DNA of 64,000 nt. It comes from Histomonas meleagridis 2922-C6/04-290x (Eukaryota > Protista > Parabasalia). Made by a program: the position numbers and the translations under genes. The stretch is from assembly GCA_020184695.1 (NCBI GenBank), contig JAANOX010000034.1:248001-312000 (forward strand). The letters run 5' to 3'. The notes beneath the pieces are model-generated. The model ran no database searches, had not been told where the DNA came from, and saw only the letters and a list, made by a program, of their open reading frames with translations. Below, one piece after another: positions 23,926 through 36,648 of the stretch (within the stretch, counting starts at the first letter, position 1; every line of letters starts with the position of its first letter).

Positions 23926-26570
23926 ATGATAAACAATCCAACTCATCTTCAAATAGTAGACACTGAATTCTTGCAAAATGAAATTGAAAGACAACAATCT
24001 TTTTTGTTATATAAAACAATATTTTCATTAAATGAAACGAATATAAAAACTTCAGTCAAAACGACGATTTCTTTAATTGATTCAGAATATACATTTTCTT
24101 TTAATAAAATGATTTGTAGATTAATATATTCTGCTTTTTTATCAAGAATGAATCAAGAAGAAATATATTTTCAATATTTAAATCTTCTTCAAGATCAAAT
24201 AAAACAAATAAAACGAAATGACAAAGGAATTTTTGAAATATTATCAGAAATACTTCTAAATATACATTCGAATGAATCTTATTATCTTCTTGAAAAGATG
24301 ATTCAACAAAAATACATTAAAACAAAAATGATTCAAGAACAAGATTTCCCTATTTATAAAGAAGTTTCAAATAATGATAATGAAATTCATAATCAATTAA
24401 TTGAAAATATTCCATTAATTAATTATGCAGCATTTTTTGGCTCAATTGAATGTTTTAAATATTTATTATTGAATGGTGCAAAATTAAAAAACACAGGAAA
24501 ATATGCAATTGCAGGTGGAAATCTTGAAATCATTCATTTATGTGAACAAAATCATTCATCATTTGAAGATGCATATGAAACATCAATTGAGTTTCATCGA
24601 AATGATATTTTTAAATATCTTTATGATAATAACATTTTAAGTCAATATAATTTAAATGAAATGAGTTATAAAAGTATTTTCTATAATAATTATGAAATTT
24701 TACTATTTTTTGAAAGAGAAGGGCTCAAAATAAACAATCGAATAATTCGAAAGTTAATCATGAATGATAATATAATTTTGATTAAGTTATATCTTAAAAG
24801 AAAAAACAAATTCAATTTCATGAAATTATATCAATATCAAAAACTTGAAATCATGAAATTAATTCTATCACAAGAAGGAATTGATATTAATTTACAAGAT
24901 ATTTCTTATATTATTTTAAAATTTCATTGAATAATATAAAATTTCAAAATAAACATTGGGGATTAAGTTTAATATTTAATACATCACTTATGCAAATAAT
25001 TAAAGATAATCGTAAAGGAATATTTAACTTTCTTGTTGAACAAAATAAAATTGATTTTAATATTCAAAACATGAATTTCTTTTATATAATTTTTCTTTTA
25101 ATGTAATAATATTTCTTCATAATAATTGGAAATTCTTATAAATATTTGAAACAGCATTAATGATAGCGTCACAAAAAGGAAATATTCAATTTTTGAAAAA
25201 AATTCTTGAATATAAAACAATTGATATTAATATTAAAAATATATGAAATTATAATATTTAAAATAAGTTTTAATAAAAAATGATGTTTCAAAACAATATT
25301 TGGAAATTAATATAAAAATTTGAGACAGCATTTATGATCGGATGTAAATATAATCAATATAATATTGTTAAAGAACTTCTTGAACAAGATAAAATTGATA
25401 TTAATTCTAAGAATATTTATTTGTTATAAATAACATTTATTTAAATAAAACATTTTTTCATTTTTATATTTGGAAATTATATGAATTATTTACGACAGCA
25501 TTAATGATTGTATGTGACTATAATCATTATAATATTGTTAAACTAATATAAAAAAAAAACAAATAGATATTAATGCCAAAGATGTTTCTTTATTATAATA
25601 AAATGATATTTCAAAATAATATTTGAAAGTTAAGCAAATTATTTGAAACAGCACTTATTTATGCAGTATTTAAAGGAAATACAGAAATTGTTAAAATTCT
25701 TCTTGAACAAAAAGGAATTGATATCAATAATAAAAATGATTTTTTTTTTATTATTTAATATTTATTTCAATAAATTTATAATATAAAATTTTATTTGGAG
25801 ATTAACTAAATCATTTGAAACAGCATTAATGATTTCATGTAAGTATAATCATTATGATATAGTGAAAATACTTATTGAACAAAAAGAAATTGATATTAAT
25901 GCTAAAGATATTTATTAATTATATATAAAATTTAATTATACTAAATGATATTTCAAAATAATATTTGGAAATAATTAAATTTATTTGAAACGGCACTTAT
26001 TTATGCAGTACTTAAAGGGAATATAGAAATTGTTAAAATTCTTCTTGAACAAAAAGGAATTGATATCAATTATAAAAATAATAATTTGTATTATTTAATT
26101 TAATCATAATATTTTAAAAAATAATATTTGGAATTTAATTAAAATATATAAAACAATACTTTTTATAGCATCATGGAAAAGTTTTGATAAAATATTTAAA
26201 TTACTTCTTGAACAAGAAAATATTGATATTAATTCACAAAATATTTCAACATTATCATTAAAATATCATTTAATAATTACGAATTTCAAAATGAATTTTG
26301 GTGATTCTAATAAATATTTAATACATCACTTATGGTTGCATGTAAAAATGGACATTTATCGATTGTACAAATTCTTCTTAAACAAAAAGGGATTGATATC
26401 AATGCAAAAAATATATCTTTTTTGATCACAAAACATCTTTTAAATATTTAATACATAAAATTAATATTTGGGGATTAAACGAAACATTTGAAACAGCGCT
26501 TATGATTGCAAATAAAAAGCACCACATTTTAATAGTTCTTGAAATACAGAAGTACAAAGAATCACAATGA
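23926..26570 (+). CDS. DUF3447-type ankyrin gene with 10 inserts and divergent ankyrin cassettes
   Basis: First ORF ends GIDINLQDISYIILKFH*. Inserts at 24907-24974, 25077-25144, 25247-25318, 25421-25488, 25590-25641, 25744-25813, 25916-25983, 26086-26146, 26249-26316, 26419-26486. The last cassette reads FETALMIANKK...ESQ*. Confidence 0.8.
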
Positions 26571-27036
26571 TTATCATAATAAATAATATAAGCCATAAAT
26601 TTTGAGATGAAAAATGATACTAAAATATTTTCATGGTAATATATAAACATTATTAAAACGTAAAATTTTGTAAATTTTTATTCAATAAACATTGTTTTAT
26701 AATAAAATGAAATAGAAATAAAAATAATGATTGAATCAATATCTCATTACTTATTTTTATCATATCTCGAGAAAGTGTTTGAAATGTGGTGAAAATACAT
26801 ATCAAAAAAAATCATAGATATAATTATCTTCAAATTTTTATTTACATTCCTTAACACCATCATAAATTTGAAAATAAGTCTAATAAATGCATAAAGAGTA
26901 AATCGAAATCTGACGAGTGAATTGAATTGAACAACGAAGAAATAACCGTCACCGAGATAAAGTAAAGAAACGATTGAATTGAAAGAAGTTAAGTGTTCGG
27001 TTATTTACAAAACAATTTTTCAACATTAAATAAGTT

Positions 27037-28365
27037 ATGCAACAGCAACAACGAAAGCCAGCGAAAATTCTTCTTATAATTTTAGATGGACTTGGAGATA
27101 CTACACAAGAAATTGAAGGCCGTCAAGGGACATGTTTAGAACTTAGTCGACATCCAACGTTTGATTCTTTTACACGCACAGGTTTAGTTGGATTGATGGA
27201 TTCAGTATCACCAGGGTTACCATGTGGTAGTGACACAGCACATTTATCGTTATTTGGTTATCCACCTTTTACTTATTATAACGGTCGAGGAGCATTTGAA
27301 GCATTAGGAGGAGGTATGCCTATGGAACCAGGGGACATTGCATTTAAATCCAATTTTTCTACTATGTATGGAGATGTCGTTCGATATCGTCGTTGTGATC
27401 GACATTTTGAAGTTGAAGGTCCAATATTATGTCAATATTTAGATGGAGTTAAGATTCCAGAATTTCCTGAAGTACAAGTTTCCATCGCTTATGCCACAGA
27501 ACATCGTTGTGCAGTTCGAATTCGTGCTCCTAACATGAGTGATCACATTACAGGCACTGATCCAATTCATGACAATTTACCATTACTTCGATCAGAGCCA
27601 TTAGATGATGATCCGAAGTCATTTTTATACTTCTAATATTGTTAATAAGTTATCTGATGTTTTACGGGAGAAACTTAATTCACATGAAATCAACAAGAAA
27701 CGTATTGAAGAAGGGAAAGAACCAGCGAATGTTATTTTGCTTCGTGGTCCAGGGATGCGTATGAATGTTGAAACATTTGAAAAGCGACATCAAGTTCGTA
27801 CATTTTTGATAGCGCCGACAGCCATCATTGCCGGCTTAGGGATCAGCGTTGGTTTACCCATTGTTAAAGTCGACGGAGCGACCGGTGACATGGACAGTAA
27901 CTACAAAGCTAAATCCAAATCAGCGAGTGATCATATTATTAGTGAAGAATATGATATGGGTATTGTTCACATTAAAGGTACAGACGACGCTGCGCACGAC
28001 GGGAAACCGAATAAGAAAGTTGAACTTATTGAACGAGCTGACGAAGCCATTGGAGAACTCATTAAGACATTAAGTGCATATGAAGTTGAACACGACGAAC
28101 GCTTTATCATTGGTGTTGTTGCAGATCACACGACGTCGTCGAAGTGGCTTGACCACACATTCGAACCCTATTCCAGTTTGTTTTTACAGAAATCTCTAAA
28201 GCAGCAGAAGCGTTGGGATATCAGCACAAGCGTAACGAGACACCGTACATTCCATCAGATCATATTGAAAGTTATAACGAAATTACTGCCGCGCGTGGAA
28301 GTTTAGGACGCTTTTGTGGATCGAAACTTATGGAACTTTTATTGAAATTGTCCGGAAGGAAATGA
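27037..28365 (+). CDS. apgM: 2,3-bisphosphoglycerate-independent phosphoglycerate mutase, archaeal/ApgM type (small frameshifts near 27632 and 28170-28185)
   Basis: ILDGLGD, GLPCGSDTAHLSLFGY (catalytic Ser), GRGAFEALG, HIKGTDDAAHDG, ADHTT. The full frame can be rebuilt using the mirror copy. Confidence 0.88.
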
Positions 28366-28599
28366 AATGAAACAAAAGCATGAATGAATAAACAAATAAA
28401 TTCCATATTTTATGTAAACATCTGTAAGGGGAAATTCAGTAATCACAACATAAAGATTAAATACATTTCCTCATGCATTATTTATCTCAAATGTAGAGCT
28501 TCAAACTTATCGTGACACTTTTTCTTGAATGAATTTATTTAATGAAATTTCAATGGGATATTGTCAGAAAAACCAAAAAAGTTGAATCAAGGATATCGT

Positions 28600-30142
28600 T
28601 TATACGATCTGTGAGAAGACATACGACAAGCTAGCAGCCGAACCGTAAAAGAATGCCGCAATCGGGAGTGCCACGGTGCAAAGGATGCTATATAATTTTA
28701 ATGTTTTGACACCATCAGGATCTTCCTCAATTTTTATTTTTTCTTCTTCTTCTTTGCTATCATTTCCCTCAGGGTCATATTGTCCAGCCACAACTGTTAT
28801 ATCTTCGTTATTAAGTTCTTCATCATCAAGTTGGTTATCTTCATTTTCTCCTTCATTCTTACCATCTATAATATCTTTTTCTTCACTCATGAAATCGAAC
28901 ACGAAGAATGTATACATATAACCTATTACAGGCAAACATGCAATGACAAACAGAAGGTAAAGGACATTCTTACTAAATGTGATGTTAGGATCTGAATTTT
29001 CATATCCAATTGTTAATGAATTAGAAGCTATCAAAACGAAGGCTTCTATTATATCTTTCACATTATCAGATACTGCAGAGTGTGGTCTACAAATCCCAAG
29101 AACTACAACCCAAACGCATTCAATTACAAGACACCCTATTGGAATGTCAAACCCACCAACGACTGCATAAACAATTTGGTGTGCAGTCGATGCTAACTCG
29201 AACCAACGCCAATTTTTACTTTTATAATCCTCAGCGATACTTTCATGTCCACCTAAAATGAGGCAAACTTTTGTAGCGAAAGGAAAAGCGACATTAAAAA
29301 TTGCATAAAATGAAACTACTGGCCAATATAATCCATATGATGATTGTATTACATCCAAGAAGAGTTCAGTTGTTGGTATCAACAAATAATTTGAAATAGA
29401 TATCACCAAATTTAACATTTTCTTGGCAACAAAAAGGATATTATCTTTACAATATGCCACTACATTAATTATTACTGACAAAACTATTATTATTGCATAA
29501 CATATACAAGCCACTATGGTTAAATTTGTTTTCACACTATAAATAGGTGCAGCTATTATATGAAATATAAATAGTCCCATTATCACCGATGAAAACACTT
29601 GAATTGGAGTAATATGTGGTAATACAGTTGCGTTTGTCATTGATATAATTAGGAAAAACCCAGGGAAGCCAAATATCATGAAGAAGAATATTAATTTACT
29701 TTCACATTTTCCAAGTGCATAAACTAATCCTCCAGCCGCTAACACGCCAATACCGACATAAACGAAAATCATGAAATTAAATGAAATTCCGGCGCCTATT
29801 AATGCTAATGCTGCAGCGCCTGGAACATTAACAAATGAACCTGAAACACCACGACATGTATTAATGACAAAGAAAAGTTGAAATAAAGTCCACGCCATTG
29901 AATATAAAACAAAATTGTCGACGTTTGACATTTGTTCAATTGGCGTAAATTGACTTTTAATTACTTCTATAAGGTTATAAGCCCATGAAAATAGTTGAAT
30001 GGATGACTCACTTACTTTAGAACGAAAGATTTTAGTTGCCGCCATTCTTTGGAATGTTTGAATAACTGATATAGTTTCTTCAAGAAGTGATTTTTGATTC
30101 CTTAAACAGGCCAAAGATTTGACCTAATGCTTCTATCAACAT
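28600..30142 (-). CDS. Multi-pass membrane protein with an acidic loop, function unknown (1-nt frameshift near the 5' end)
   Basis: Many hydrophobic segments and an EDNQLDDEE acidic stretch; start MLIEALG inferred from the mirror copy at 33128. Confidence 0.75.
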
Positions 30143-30248
30143 ATTTCGTAATGATGATAAATTGAAAGAATTATTTCAAAGGATTTAATAACATCGTTGA
30201 AATTTCTTAACAACCGAATTCGATTCAAACAACTCTCTGACAAGTGTC

Positions 30249-30365
30249 ACAATTTCAATTAAATTGTAACGTATTTTAATTCAAATGGTTTCTCAAATCA
30301 AATATTCGTAACGACAATTTCAATTGAATTGTAACGTATTTTAATTCAAATGGTTTCTCGAATCA
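30249..30365 (+). repeat. 52-nt direct repeat x2 (period 65 nt); mirrored near 32900-33030
   Basis: acaatttcaatt(a/g)aattgtaacgtattttaattcaaatggtttctc(a/g)aatca at 30249 and 30314. Confidence 0.9.
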
Positions 30366-30475
30366 GGTTTTCCTATCAAAAAGTTTATAACGACATCACC
30401 TACATCATTTTCAGAACAAAATTTAACTACAATATTTCATTAGTTTTTTATTAAATCTTGCAGAAAAGAGAAACC

Positions 30476-30877
30476 TTAACAATGCAAGAATGTGTGGAAT
30501 ATTTCCATTCCTTTCATTTCGACTTCCCAATCATGTTTACATTCGCATATAGTAACTATAATCATAGTAATTAATAAAATGACGAATGTAACGAAATAAG
30601 CTAAAAAGAAAACACTATCACCACCACCAGCGTCATCAGTATATAAAATTGGATTATTACCCGATGATACGATTGACTGTCTTGGGCCAACTGGTTTATA
30701 TAAGTTATAAGGATTTTGAACATTTTCGTATGTGCCGCAACCTAAAACAAATACATTTGAATGATTTATTGTATATTTTGATTCAAAAATGCTGTGAAAA
30801 GCCATCAAAAAGCTCAATTGAATAATTAACGGCTTCAAAATCTGACATGAGTTCACAAAAACATTGTTCAGCATCAT
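30476..30877 (-). pseudogene. Chimeric ORF: 3' half of the 32188 membrane-protein gene fused at the duplication breakpoint to unrelated flank
   Basis: Identical to 32485-32779 from INHSNVFVLGCG onward; the N-terminus differs. Confidence 0.6.
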
Positions 30878-32064
30878 TAATCATTTTTTACTTTAATTGG
30901 TCTGCAGCAGCACAATTTTTTACACCTACAAAAGCAAATTGCACCGAAAGAAATGAAAACCACTGCCAGCACCACTCCAACAGCAATCAAAAACGTAGTG
31001 AAATCGTTTTTTTCGATTACGATAATTATTTCGGTCTCTGGTGTGTCCGACGGCACGAGCGCCCAGTACGTGCGATTCAAGCAAAACGATTCAATTGTCA
31101 TGTTTTCGACAGCATTTGGATACATTTCGACTTCTTTTTCATTTGTTATTAAAGGGCAATTTTTATTTATAGGAATTTTATCGCCTTTTTTTGTCATGTT
31201 ATGTAAATATAAAATTTTATTATTTAAATTTGTTGTTGTTATACCACAAGGGTTCGTGTTATTATAAAAACAAGAATGAAAAATTTGTTCAATTATTGGA
31301 TTCCCATATATTTCAATTTTATGAGTTTCTTTATTTCCAATAATTGTTAAATTTTTTATTATTAATTTACCGTTATAATTATTTATTGTATGATAATGTA
31401 TTGATGAATCATATTTCGTTACATTCTTAAAGTTTGCAGATTCGATTAAAAAAGAAGAAGAAGATTCATTAAAATGAAAATTCATATCATCAGCAAGAAC
31501 AAAATTTTGAGTAATGAAATTCCCATAAATAAAAAGTTCAGATGTATCTACAAATGTTATTATATTACTAATGTTAATAGGATTTAATGTATTTGATGTT
31601 AAAGAAGATGTTTCTGAAATACGTAATGGAAATGGTGGAACACTATTAACTAAAATGACATTGATAAATAATGGTAAATGATATGGAATTTGTTGTGTTA
31701 TGATATAATTTGTAAATGTTATGTTTTTAATGAATGTACATGAACGACTTATACCTTTTGTTATAGAATTGATTTGTTCTGATAGTGTTTCTTGATTTTG
31801 GTTTTGATTTTCGAAGTAAACACCTTCAAAGTTATTACCGCAAATAGATAATGTAAATTCACTAAAATAAGAATAGTTTCCAGGCAAAACATTAGCAGTA
31901 TAATTATTATCAATGATTGTAATTCGGTCAGAATACATTATAAACTTTGCAAAGGTATCAAATTGAAGAAATTGATCTGTGCCTGAATGATATTCGTAAT
32001 TATAATCATTTAAATCTTTAACAGTAATTTCGGAGGTAAGTTGAATGAGAAAAAGAATGACCAT
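30877..32064 (-). CDS. Type I membrane/surface protein (signal peptide, C-terminal TM, Cys-rich cytosolic tail)
   Basis: MVILFLIQLTS...FLIAVGVVLAVVFISFGAICFCRCKKLCCCR; single copy, in the spacer. Confidence 0.8.
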   Translation of the reverse strand: MVILFLIQLTSEITVKDLNDYNYEYHSGTDQFLQFDTFAKFIMYSDRITIIDNNYTANVLPGNYSYFSEFTLSICGNNFEGVYFENQNQNQETLSEQINSITKGISRSCTFIKNITFTNYIITQQIPYHLPLFINVILVNSVPPFPLRISETSSLTSNTLNPINISNIITFVDTSELFIYGNFITQNFVLADDMNFHFNESSSSFLIESANFKNVTKYDSSIHYHTINNYNGKLIIKNLTIIGNKETHKIEIYGNPIIEQIFHSCFYNNTNPCGITTTNLNNKILYLHNMTKKGDKIPINKNCPLITNEKEVEMYPNAVENMTIESFCLNRTYWALVPSDTPETEIIIVIEKNDFTTFLIAVGVVLAVVFISFGAICFCRCKKLCCCRPIKVKND

Positions 32065-32187
32065 TGTTTAAAAATGGTTTGACGGAATTATATCACAAAT
32101 TCAAATTTTAATCTCAAACGAATTGTATTTGTCTCAAAAAGTTGGATTTCATCTCAATTTTGACTATTTCGTTAAAACCGTCGACAG

Positions 32188-32779
32188 ATGTTTCTTTGCT
32201 TTCTGTTGTCCATTAAACAAATAGATTACATTAGTTCGCATGAATGCCCAATCATTACATCAATATTACCAAGCGATAGTGCAATTTTTAATGTTCCAAG
32301 ATTTGCAGAAGTCTCATTCTGTAATTGGGTTGATGATTTCGAAATATTAATTCAAATCCCAATCAATGATAAAACATAAGAATACGGACCATTCACAAAC
32401 AAAGACAATGTTTTTGGTTTCGATATGTCAAAAGCAGATGTAGAAAGAGAAACAAAATATAAAATCGAAGTGAAAAACACAAACATAAATCATTCAAATG
32501 TATTTGTTTTAGGTTGCGGCACATACGAAAATGTTCAAAATCCTTATAACTTATATAAACCAGTTGGCCCAAGACAGTCAATCGTATCATCGGGTAATAA
32601 TCCAATTTTATATACTGATGACGCTGGTGGTGGTGATAGTGTTTTGCTTTTTAGCTTATTTCGTTACATTCGTCATTTTATTAATTACTATGATTATAGT
32701 TACTATATGCGAATGTAAACATGATTGGGAAGTCGAAATGAAAGGAATGGAAATATTCCACACATTCTTGCATTGTTAA
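32188..32779 (+). CDS. Small type I membrane protein (~196 aa), broken by TAA at 32377 and a +1 indel near 32646
   Basis: ORFs 32188-32379 and 32425-32718 are in the same frame; the C-terminal TM comes from 32531-32779; hydrophobic signal MFLCFLLSI. Confidence 0.6.
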
Positions 32780-33127
32780 GGTTTCTCTTTTCTGCAAGAT
32801 TTAATAAATAAAAAAAAAAAAAAAAACTAATGAAATATTGTAGTTAAATTTTGTTCTGAAAATGATGTAGGTGATGTCGTTATAAACTTTTTGATAGGAA
32901 AACCTGATTCGAGAAACCATTTGAATTAAAATACGTTACAATTCAATTGAAATTGTCGTTACGAATATTTGATTTGAGAAACCATTTGAATTAAAATACG
33001 TTACAATTTAATTGAAATTGTGACACTTGTCAGAGAGTTGTTTGAATCGAATTCGGTTGTTAAGAAATTTCAACGATGTTATTAAATCCTTTGAAATAAT
33101 TCTTTCAATTTATCATCATTACGAAAT

Positions 33128-34622
33128 ATGTTGATAGAAGCATTAGGTCAAATCTTTGGCCTGTTTAAGGAATCAAAATCACTTCTTGAAGAAACTATAT
33201 CAGTTATTCAAACATTCCAAAGAATGGCGGCAACTAAAATCTTTCGTTCTAAAGTAAGTGAGTCATCCATTCAACTATTTTCATGGGCTTATAACCTTAT
33301 AGAAGTAATTAAAAGTCAATTTACGCCAATTGAACAAATGTCAAACGTCGACAATTTTTGTTTTATATTCAATGGCGTGGACTTTATTTCAACTTTTTCT
33401 TTGTCATTAATACATGTCGTGGTGTTTCAGGTTCATTTGTTAATGTTCCAGGCGCTGCAGCATTAGCATTAATAGGCGCCGGAATTTCATTTAATTTCAT
33501 GATTTTCGTTTATGTCGGTATTGGCGTGTTAGCGGCTGGAGGATTAGTTTATGCATGGTTTTTTCCTAATTATATCAATGACAAACGCAACTGTATTACC
33601 ACATATTACTCCAATTCAAGTGTTTTCATCGGTGATAATGGGACTATTTATATTTCATATAATAGCTGCACCTATTTATAGTGTGAAAACAAATTTAACC
33701 ATAGTGGCTTGTATATGTTATGCAATAATAATAGTTTTGTCAGTAATAATTAATGTAGTGGCATATTGTAAAGATAATATCCTTTTTGTTGCCAAGAAAA
33801 TGTTAAATTTTGGTGATCTCTCTTTCAAATTATTTGTTGATACCAACAACTGAACTCTTCTTGGATGTAATACAATCATCATATGGATTATATTGGCCAG
33901 TAGTTTCATTTTATGCAATTTTTAATGTCGCTTTTCCTTTCGCTACAAAAAGTTTGCCTCATTTTAGGTGGACATGAAAGTATCGCTGAGGATTATAAAA
34001 GTAAAAAAATTGGCGTTGGTTCGAGTTAGCATCGACTGCACACCAAATTGTTTATGCAGTCGTTGGTGGGTTTGACATTCCAATAGGGTGTCTTGTAATT
34101 GAATGCGTTTGGGTTGTAGTTCTTGGGATTTGTAGACCACACTCTGCAGTATCTGATAATGTGAAAGATATAATAGAAGCCTTCGTTTTGATAGCTTCTA
34201 ATTCATTAACAATTGGATATGAAAATTCAGATCCTAACATCACATTTAGTAAGAATGTCCTTTACCTTCTGTTTGTCATTGCATGTTTGCCTGTAATAGG
34301 TTATATGTATACATTCTTCGTGTTCGATTTCATGAGTGAAGAAAAAGATATTATAGATGGTAAGAATGAAGGAGAAAATGAAGATAACCAACTTGATGAT
34401 GAAGAACTTAATAACGAAGATATAACAGTTGTGGCTGGACAATATGACCCTGAGGGAAATGATAGCAAAGAAGAAGAAGAAAAAATAAAAATTGAGGAAG
34501 ATCCTGATGGTGTCAAAACATTAAAATTATATAGCATCCTTTGCACCGTGGCACTCCCGATTGCGGCATTCTTTTACGGTTCGGCTGCTAGCTTGTCGTA
34601 TGTCTTCTCACAGATCGTATAA
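33128..34622 (+). pseudogene. Duplicate of the multi-pass membrane protein, frameshifted and with a ~55-60 nt deletion
   Basis: Fragmented ORFs 33128-33466, 33358-33681, 33551-33853, 34161-34622 match 28600-30142. Confidence 0.75.
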
Positions 34623-34856
34623 ACGATATCCTTGATTCAACTTTTTTTTTTTTTCTGACAATATCCCATTGAAATTTCATTAAATAAATTCATTCAAGAA
34701 AAAGTGTCACGATAAGTTTGAAGCTCTACATTTGAGATAAATAATGCATGAGGAAATGTATTTAATCTTTATGTTGTGATTACTGAATTTCCCCTTACAG
34801 ATGTTTACATAAAATATGGAATTTATTTGTTTATTCATTCATGCTTTTGTTTCATT

Positions 34857-36182
34857 TCATTTCCTTCCGGACAATTTCAATAAAAGTTCCATAAGTTTCG
34901 ATCCACAAAAGCGTCCTAAACTTCCACGCGCGGCAGTAATTTCGTTATAACTTTCAATATGATCTGATGGAATGTACGGTGTCTCGTTACGCTTGTGCTG
35001 ATATCCCAACGCTTCTGCTGCTTTAGAGATTTCTGTAAAACAAACTGGAATAGGTTCGAATGTGTGGTCAAGCCACTTCGACGACGTCGTGTGATCTGCA
35101 ACAACACCAATGATAAAGCGTTCGTCGTGTTCAACTTCATATGCACTTAATGTCTTAATGAGTTCTCCAATGGCTTCGTCAGCTCGTTCAATAAGTTCAA
35201 CTTTTCTTATTCGGTTTCCCGTCGTGCGCAGCGTCGTCTGTACCTTTAATGTGAACAATACCCATATCATATTCTTCACTAATAATATGATCACTCGCTG
35301 ATTTGGATTTAGCTTTGTAGTTACTGTCCATGTCACCGGTCGCTCCGTCGACTTTAACAATGGGTAAACCAACGCTGATCCCTAAGCCGGCAATGATGGC
35401 TGTCGGCGCTATCAAAAATGTACGAACTTGATGTCGCTTTTCAAATGTTTCAACATTCATACGCATCCCTGGACCACGAAGCAAAATAACATTCGCTGGT
35501 TCTTTCCCTTCTTCAATACGTTTCTTGTTGATTTCATGTGAATTAAGTTTCTCCCGTAAAACATCAGATAACTTATTAACAATATTAGAAGTATAAAATG
35601 ACTTCGGATCATCATCTAATGGCTCTGATCGAAGTAATGGTAAATTGTCATGAATTGGATCAGTGCCTGTAATGTGATCACTCATGTTAGGAGCACGAAT
35701 TCGAACTGCACAACGATGTTCTGTGGCATATGAGGGAAACTTCGACTTCAGGAAATTCTGGAATCTTAACTCCATCTAAATCTTGACATAATGTTGGACC
35801 TTTAACTTCAAAATGTCGATCACAACGACGATATCGAACGACATCTCCATACATAGTAGAAAAATTGGATTTAAATGCAATGTCCCCTGGTTCCATAGGC
35901 ATACCTCCTCCTAATGCTTCAAATGCTCCTCGACCGTTATAATAAGTAAAAGGTGGATAACCAAATAACGATAAATGTGCTGTGTCACTACCACATGGTA
36001 ACCCTGGTGATACTGAATCCATCAATCCAACTAAACCTGTGCGTGTAAAAGAATCAAACGTTGGATGTCGACTAAGTTCTAAACATGTCCCTTGACGGCC
36101 TTCAATTTCTTGTGTAGTATCTCCAAGTCCATCTAAAATTATAAGAAGAATTTTCGCTGGCTTTTCGTTGTTGCTGTTGCAT
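34857..36182 (-). pseudogene. apgM: Duplicate iPGM (ApgM type), several frameshifts (real or sequencing error)
   Basis: ORF pieces 35687-36226, 35197-35775, 34857-35372 tile the protein; ATG at 36182. Confidence 0.8.
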
Positions 36183-36648
36183 AACTTATTTAATGTTGAA
36201 AAATTGTTTTGTAAATAACCGAACACTTAACTTCTTTCAATTCAATCGTTTCTTTACTTTATCTCGGTGACGGTTATTTCTTCGTTGTTCAATTCAATTC
36301 ACTCGTCAGATTTCGATTTACTCTTTATGCATTTATTAGACTTATTTTCAAATTTATGATGGTGTTAAGGAATGTAAATAAAAATTTGAAGATAATTATA
36401 TCTATGATTTTTTTTGATATGTATTTTCACCACATTTCAAACACTTTCTCGAGATATGATAAAAATAAGTAATGAGATATTGATTCAATCATTATTTTTA
36501 TTTCTATTTCATTTTATTATAAAACAATGTTTATTGAATAAAAATTTACAAAATTTTACGTTTTAATAATGTTTATATATTACCATGAAAATATTTTAGT
36601 ATCATTTTTCATCTCAAAATTTATGGCTTATATTATTTATTATGATAA

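Larger units (their letters stand above)
20342..30769 (+). repeat. Left arm of a large inverted duplication
   Basis: Reverse complement of 32485-43406 with the same genes in mirrored order. Outer breakpoint tttgggttcaaacg; inner breakpoint ...atgatttat. Confidence 0.95.
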
